Shown one piece after another: positions 58,945 to 64,000 of a stretch of DNA of 64,000 bases. This stretch comes from Candidatus Latescibacterota bacterium (GTDB taxonomy: Bacteria > Latescibacterota > UBA2968 > UBA8231): NCBI GenBank assembly GCA_965243025.1, contig CBDETY010000003.1, forward strand, positions 6,656,001 through 6,720,000. The letters are read 5' to 3'. A program made the translations under genes and the position numbers. Within the stretch, counting starts at the first letter, position 1. Each line of letters begins with the position of its first letter. The notes beneath the pieces are model-generated. The model did not search any database and was not told where the DNA came from. It was given only the letters and a program-made list of their open reading frames with translations.

Positions 58945-60852
58945 ATGACACCCCGGGCCCTGGTCTTAGGGCTGCTGCTCTCCTTCCTCGTCGGGGCGGC
59001 GGTTTTTTTCGAGATCTACGTCCGCGGATCGAACGCCGGCGGGGTCTTTTTCCACAGTCCCGTCGCCCTCTTCACCTTCTTTCTCCTCACCGGGGCAGGC
59101 AACGTCCTCCTCGGCGCCCTGCGCCCCGCATGGGCGCTCCGGCGCGGGGAGCTGGTCGCCGTCTTCGTCATGATGACGCTGGCCAACGCCGCCCACAACC
59201 CCGTCCACTACTGGCTGGGGGCGATCACCGGCCCTTTCTACTACGCCACGGGAGAAAACAACTGGGCCGAAGTCCTGCACCCCTACATCCCCGACTGGAT
59301 CGCACCCCGCAGCATGGCGGCCCTGCGGGCGTTCTACGAAGGCAGCGAGGGGTACTCCGGCGGGATCGACTGGAAGGTGTGGATTGGCCCCATCCTGTAC
59401 TGGCTTCCCCTTATGGCGGGGTTTCACGTCGCCTGCCTGTGCCTGATGGTGGCGCTGCGCCGCCAGTGGATGGACCGGGAGCGGCTGATATACCCACTCG
59501 TCCAGGTGCCCCTGGCGATGGTGCAGGAGGACGGCCGCAGCGGCCTCGTCAGCCCGTTCTTCCGCAGCCGGGTGATGTGGATCGGATTCTCCGTGCCGGT
59601 GGCGGTCGGGGCGGTCAGGGGCCTTCACAGCCACCTGCCGTACATCCCGACGATCGAGCTCAGCACCTCGTTCGCGCTGCTCCACGACAGCCTGACGGTG
59701 CCGGTTCACATCAGCTTCGCCACCATCGGTTTCTTCTTCTTCATCAAGCGGGAGATATCCTTCGGCCTCTGGGTGTTCTACCTGCTCAACCTCCTGCAGG
59801 AATGGGTTTACGGAGTCCTCGGGGCGGGCCTGGAAAAAGAGCCTGCGATCAGCGTCTTCAGCTACGGCGTCCACAGTCTCGTGCACCAGTCGATGGGGGC
59901 GATGATCGTGCTCGTCCTCGGCGGCCTGTTCGTCGCCAGGGGGCACCTGAAGGACGTCTTCCGCAAGGCTTTCACCGGCGCTCCCGACGTCGACGACAGC
60001 GACGAGATCATCTCCTACCGCGGCGCGGTCCTCGGCCTCTCGGCCGGGTTCGCGGTGATGATCCTGTGGCTGTGGCAATCGGGCATTCCCCTGCCGGGAG
60101 TTTTCGTCTTCCTGTTCTTCGCCTTCGTCGTCTTCACCGGTCTGACGAGGCTGGTCGCCGAGGGCGGGGTCGCCGTGATCTACACGCCGCTGGTTTCCGC
60201 GGATGCGGCCGCCTCGGCCATGGGCACCTCGTTTTTCGGTTCTTCGGGCATGACCGGCCTGATGTTCACCCGCGTCTGGTCGGGAGACATACTCAATTTC
60301 GCGATGCCGCACTGCGCCAACGGCCTCAAGCTCGGGGAGCGCGTCGCCCGCCGCAGGCGCTGGCTGTTCTTGGGGATGATACTGGCGAGCCTGGCGGGAC
60401 TGGCCGGGGCCCTGTGGATGGTGCTGACTCTCACCTACGAGTACGGAGGCATAAACCTCCGCTACTTCAACTACGTCTGGATGCCCAACTACTTCCCCGA
60501 ATACACAGCCGCCCGCATCGGCGAGTGGACGGGGCCCCACTGGTGGGGGTGGTTCCATACCGGGGCGGGGGCCATGGCGATGAGCCTGCTGATGCTGGCG
60601 CGCCGCTTCTGGTGGTGGTGGCCCCTGCACCCGATCGGGTTCCCGATCAGCTCCACTTTCAGCTGGATGGCGTTCGACGCCTTCCTCGCCTGGGGGTTCA
60701 AGGGAATCCTCCTCAAGTACGGAGGACCGCCGCTGTACGCAGCGGTGCGCCCCTTCTTTCTCGGACTGATAACCGGCCAGTTCGCCATCTGCGGCATCTT
60801 CTGGATCATCGACACCCTGCTCGGGCACCAGGGCAACCTGGTCTTCAGATGA
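58945..60852 (+). CDS. DUF6785/DUF6784-like polytopic membrane protein (putative transporter), copy 1
   Basis: Many TM helices; motifs RRQWMDRERLIYPLVQVP, HQSMGA, TRLVAEGG, WWPLHPIGF and LKYGG..LY...RPFFLGLI.G recognised as this family. Confidence 0.7.
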   Translation: MTPRALVLGLLLSFLVGAAVFFEIYVRGSNAGGVFFHSPVALFTFFLLTGAGNVLLGALRPAWALRRGELVAVFVMMTLANAAHNPVHYWLGAITGPFYYATGENNWAEVLHPYIPDWIAPRSMAALRAFYEGSEGYSGGIDWKVWIGPILYWLPLMAGFHVACLCLMVALRRQWMDRERLIYPLVQVPLAMVQEDGRSGLVSPFFRSRVMWIGFSVPVAVGAVRGLHSHLPYIPTIELSTSFALLHDSLTVPVHISFATIGFFFFIKREISFGLWVFYLLNLLQEWVYGVLGAGLEKEPAISVFSYGVHSLVHQSMGAMIVLVLGGLFVARGHLKDVFRKAFTGAPDVDDSDEIISYRGAVLGLSAGFAVMILWLWQSGIPLPGVFVFLFFAFVVFTGLTRLVAEGGVAVIYTPLVSADAAASAMGTSFFGSSGMTGLMFTRVWSGDILNFAMPHCANGLKLGERVARRRRWLFLGMILASLAGLAGALWMVLTLTYEYGGINLRYFNYVWMPNYFPEYTAARIGEWTGPHWWGWFHTGAGAMAMSLLMLARRFWWWWPLHPIGFPISSTFSWMAFDAFLAWGFKGILLKYGGPPLYAAVRPFFLGLITGQFAICGIFWIIDTLLGHQGNLVFR

Positions 60853-60865
60853 TTCCCGAGGCGCC

Positions 60866-62776
60866 ATGACCCCGAGATGCCTCGTCGCCGGGCTGCTGCT
60901 CTCCTGCTTCGTCGGTGTTGCCGGTCCCTATATCGGCATTTACCTGCAGGGATCGAACGCCGGCGGCGTGTACTACACCAGCCCGGTCGCCCTCTTCTCC
61001 TTCATCATCATCACCGGTCTGGCCAACCTCCTGATCGGGGCGGTGCACAGGCCGTGGATGTTCCGGAGAGGCGAGCTCGTCGCCGTTTTCGTCATGATGA
61101 CCCTGGCCAACGCCGGCCTCAACCCGATTCACTACTGGCTGGGGGCGATAACCGGCCCGTACTATTACGCCACGGCCGAGAACAAGTGGGCGGAGATTCT
61201 CCATCCCTGCATCCCCGACTGGATCGCCCCGCGCGACCCGGCGTCGGTCAGCGCCTTCTACGAGGGGGTCGAGGGCGGTTCCGGGGCCATCGACTGGCAG
61301 GTCTGGGCCGGCCCCATCCTCTCCTGGATGCCGTTCGCGGTCGCTTTCTACACGGTCACGCTCTGCCTGATGGTGGTGGTGCGGCGGCAGTGGATGGACC
61401 GGGAACGGCTGATCTACCCGATCGTCCAGGTGCCCCTGGCGATGGTTCAGGACGACGACAGGGGCTCGCTGGTCAAACCTTTCTTCCGCAGCTGGCCGAT
61501 GTGGATCGGCTTCTCGATACCGGTGGCGGTCGGGGCCCTGCGCGGCCTCGGCACCTACTATCCGCATCTGCCCGACATCGAGCTGGCGACCAACATCGTC
61601 CTGGCCCGGGACGGCATCACCATCCCCTTGCGGCTGAGCTTCGCCACCCTCGGGTTCTTCTTCTTCATCAAGCGGGAAGTGTCGTTCGGCCTATGGGCTT
61701 TCTTCCTCCTCAACACGCTGCAGAAGGCGGTTTACACCAGGCTGGGCGTCGGCCTGGAAGCCGAGCCCGTCATCGGCGCCTGGAGCTACAACAGCCCGAG
61801 TCTCGTCCACCAGGGAATGGGGGGAATGATCGTCCTCGTGCTGGGGGGGCTCTACGCCGGCAGGGAGCACATTTGCAACGTGTTCCGCAAGGCCTTCCGG
61901 GGCGCCCCCGACGTCGACGACGGCGACGAGATCATCTCCTACCGCGGGGCGGTCTTCGGTCTTCTCGGGGGTCTTTCCGTAATGACCTTCTGGCTCTGGA
62001 TGACGGGGATTCCCCTGCTCGGGGTGCTGGTGTTCCTGTTCTGCGCCTTCGTCGTCTTCATCGCGCTGACCCGACTCGTGGCCGAAGGGGGGGTGGCGGT
62101 CATCTACCCTCCCATGATCGCTCCCGACGCAGCCCTGTCGGCGATGGGGGCTTCCTTCTACGGGGCGTCGGGGATAACGGCGCTCATGTTCACCCGGGTA
62201 TGGTCGAACGACATCCTGAACTTCCTGATGCCCCACTGCGCCAACGGTCTCAAGCTCAGCGAACAGATAGGGGCCCGACGGCGCTGGCTGTTCTGGGGGA
62301 TGATCCTTTCCAGCCTTGCGGGCTTGGCGGGTGCCCTGTGGATGGTCCTGAGGCTGACGTACGCGGACGGCGGCATCAACCTGAGGTACTGGAACTACGT
62401 GTGGATGCCCAACTACCTGCCGGGCTACACCGCGGCGCGCATCACCGAGTGGGCCGGGCCCAACTGGCTGGGCTGGCTGCATACCGGGGTCGGGGCGACG
62501 GTGATGGGACTGCTGATGCTGGCGCGCAGGACGTGGGGCTGGTGGCCGCTGCACCCGATCGGTTTCCCGATCAGCTCGACCTTCAGCTGGATGGCTTCCA
62601 ACGCCTTCTTTGCCTGGTGCCTGAAGGGGGTTGTCCTGAAGTACGGGGGCCCGCCGCTCTACACCTCGGTGCGCCCCTTCTTCTGGGGACTGATTCTGGG
62701 GCAGTTCGCGATCTGCGGAATCTTCTGGATAATCGACGCCTTCACCGGCAACATCGGCAACTACATCTTCGCCTAG
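60866..62776 (+). CDS. DUF6785/DUF6784-like polytopic membrane protein (putative transporter), copy 2
   Basis: Colinear tandem paralog of 58945..60852 with long identical blocks (HYWLGAITGP, DEIISYRGAV, MPHCANGLKL, WPLHPIGFPISSTFSWMA). Confidence 0.7.
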   Translation: MTPRCLVAGLLLSCFVGVAGPYIGIYLQGSNAGGVYYTSPVALFSFIIITGLANLLIGAVHRPWMFRRGELVAVFVMMTLANAGLNPIHYWLGAITGPYYYATAENKWAEILHPCIPDWIAPRDPASVSAFYEGVEGGSGAIDWQVWAGPILSWMPFAVAFYTVTLCLMVVVRRQWMDRERLIYPIVQVPLAMVQDDDRGSLVKPFFRSWPMWIGFSIPVAVGALRGLGTYYPHLPDIELATNIVLARDGITIPLRLSFATLGFFFFIKREVSFGLWAFFLLNTLQKAVYTRLGVGLEAEPVIGAWSYNSPSLVHQGMGGMIVLVLGGLYAGREHICNVFRKAFRGAPDVDDGDEIISYRGAVFGLLGGLSVMTFWLWMTGIPLLGVLVFLFCAFVVFIALTRLVAEGGVAVIYPPMIAPDAALSAMGASFYGASGITALMFTRVWSNDILNFLMPHCANGLKLSEQIGARRRWLFWGMILSSLAGLAGALWMVLRLTYADGGINLRYWNYVWMPNYLPGYTAARITEWAGPNWLGWLHTGVGATVMGLLMLARRTWGWWPLHPIGFPISSTFSWMASNAFFAWCLKGVVLKYGGPPLYTSVRPFFWGLILGQFAICGIFWIIDAFTGNIGNYIFA

Positions 62777-62963
62777 TGCATGCGCGGGCAGGCACCGAGG
62801 CCTGCCTCCGGGGTCCCGCAGTTCCTCGAGGGTCTTCGCCTCATTTTTCGAGGCGCGGTTTTGCGGCCCGGGGGATCCGCGCCGGGGACACGGGGATCCC
62901 GGGGTCCGGGGCGCGGTCCCGGCGGCGGCACGACACCCCGGATGGGGGAGTCCCGGGGGGCCC

Positions 62964-63785
62964 TTACCGGTCGGGCCAGCCGTAGGCCGCCTTCGCGTTT
63001 TTCCAGAAAAACTTCTCCGCCGCCTCCGGGCCCTTCTCTTCGAAGTACTGTTTCAGGTTGCCGATGCCCTCCGAGTACGAGCAGCCCTTCTCGCTCACCG
63101 GCCAGTTGCTGCCGTACATCAGGCGGTCTTCACCGAATGCGTCCCACATGGCATCGAGTGTCGGACGGTAATGGTCGAGACCGCGGCCGCCCCTGCTGGA
63201 GAACCCGACCGCCTTCATGCAGGCATGGGGGTGCCGGGCGAAGGCGTTGAGCTGGTCGACCCACTCCGGGCTCGGCCGCTCCCCGTCCTCTGCGGAGTTG
63301 CCGGCGATCGCTTCGAACACGATCCGCAGGGAGGGATGCTCCTCCATGACGGCGAGCATCTGCGCCGGCATCTCGGGCTCGATGATCAGCGCGTCGAGGA
63401 CGAGGCCCATGTCGGCGAGCACCGCCATGTCGTCGAGAAACCCCTTTTCGAAATCCCAGGGGGGCCAGATGCGGACGCCCCGGAACAGGGGGTTGGCGGC
63501 AAAACGCTCGACCTGCCCGGAGAAACGGGGGGTCTGGTCCTGCAGGCGGCCGACGTAGGCGACGATTGCGGGGTCGTCGGCGGCGATGTCGAGGACCCAC
63601 TGGTTGCACTCGACGGTGCAGTCCGCTTCGACGACAACGGTCCCGGTGACGCCGTGGGGGGATGCGACCTCCAGGAAATGCTCCGGCAGGACGGTCCGGT
63701 AGAGCAGGGCGTCGTCCTCGGGCGGCCAGGGAACCCCCTCCGGCCGCGACGGATCGTAGATATGGGTGTGGGTGTCGATGATCAT
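62964..63785 (-). CDS. amidohydrolase_2-family protein (sugar-lactonase-like)
   Basis: Motifs MIIDTHTH, GVTGTVVVEA, FRGVR and FGEDRLMYGSNWPV. Confidence 0.85.
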   Translation of the reverse strand: MIIDTHTHIYDPSRPEGVPWPPEDDALLYRTVLPEHFLEVASPHGVTGTVVVEADCTVECNQWVLDIAADDPAIVAYVGRLQDQTPRFSGQVERFAANPLFRGVRIWPPWDFEKGFLDDMAVLADMGLVLDALIIEPEMPAQMLAVMEEHPSLRIVFEAIAGNSAEDGERPSPEWVDQLNAFARHPHACMKAVGFSSRGGRGLDHYRPTLDAMWDAFGEDRLMYGSNWPVSEKGCSYSEGIGNLKQYFEEKGPEAAEKFFWKNAKAAYGWPDR

Positions 63786-63950
63786 GCCGCCCTCGTCTCC
63801 GTGTGTCTGCGTGGTTCCGCCCAAGGTAAGGATGCTTGAACCGGTGGGACAGGCGGCGCCGGTTCTTGCCGGGGCGGCCTCGCCTGGTTTGTTTGAGTCG
63901 CAGGCCCTGCGGGATCTTCCCGGGGCAAAGGGAACGCGAACAGAGGGAGA

Positions 63951-64000
63951 ATGCCGGCGACAACCGCGGTAATCGGCGCAGGCGTGATGGGCCGGATCCA
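63951..64000 (+). CDS. 5' end of a Gfo/Idh/MocA-family oxidoreductase (truncated by the window edge)
   Basis: GAGGGAGA RBS then MPATTAVIGAGVMGRI, closely matching the start of the 48083 gene (MATRTAVTGAGVMGRQ). Confidence 0.6.
   Translation, partial: MPATTAVIGAGVMGRI

Overview
High-GC (roughly two-thirds G+C by eye) bacterial chromosomal window. The gene content suggests an uncultured FCB-group lineage such as Ca. Latescibacterota or Gemmatimonadota, possibly marine or sponge-associated. This is inferred from SprA, FlgD-Ig-tailed paralog arrays, a C-terminal 'SWGRIKA' tail, DUF6785-like membrane proteins and PhyH/TauD enrichment. Left part (1-16 kb): lptG-lptF, divergent from sprA-comEA-pilM-like-pilN-like-coaD-obgE-dprA-tauD. 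Middle part (16-37 kb): feoAB and a TroABCD-type metal ABC operon in which both permeases carry C-terminal DtxR/MntR domains, with candidate operators upstream of each unit. It also holds housekeeping and catabolic genes (RraA-like, methyltransferases, Fpg/Nei, D-threonine-aldolase-like, anmK, PreP, HpcH, Gfo/Idh/MocA, HTH-PhyH), a 160-bp MITE-like hairpin flanked by CTAG, and a gene remnant. Right part (37.7-64 kb) is the best candidate for an undescribed system, a SusC/D-free substrate-capture locus. It has four ~700-aa secreted paralogs, each with a discoidin-like domain bearing hypervariable loops with one Cys pair and a hybrid T9SS-type-B/FlgD C-terminal domain. It also has a tandem pair of DUF6785-like polytopic membrane proteins, interleaved peptide- and sugar-type ABC transporters, a TPR lipoprotein, and PhyH/oxidoreductase/lactonase-like enzymes. 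No rRNA, tRNA, CRISPR array or transposase was seen. All family calls come from motif recognition by eye; no database search was run.
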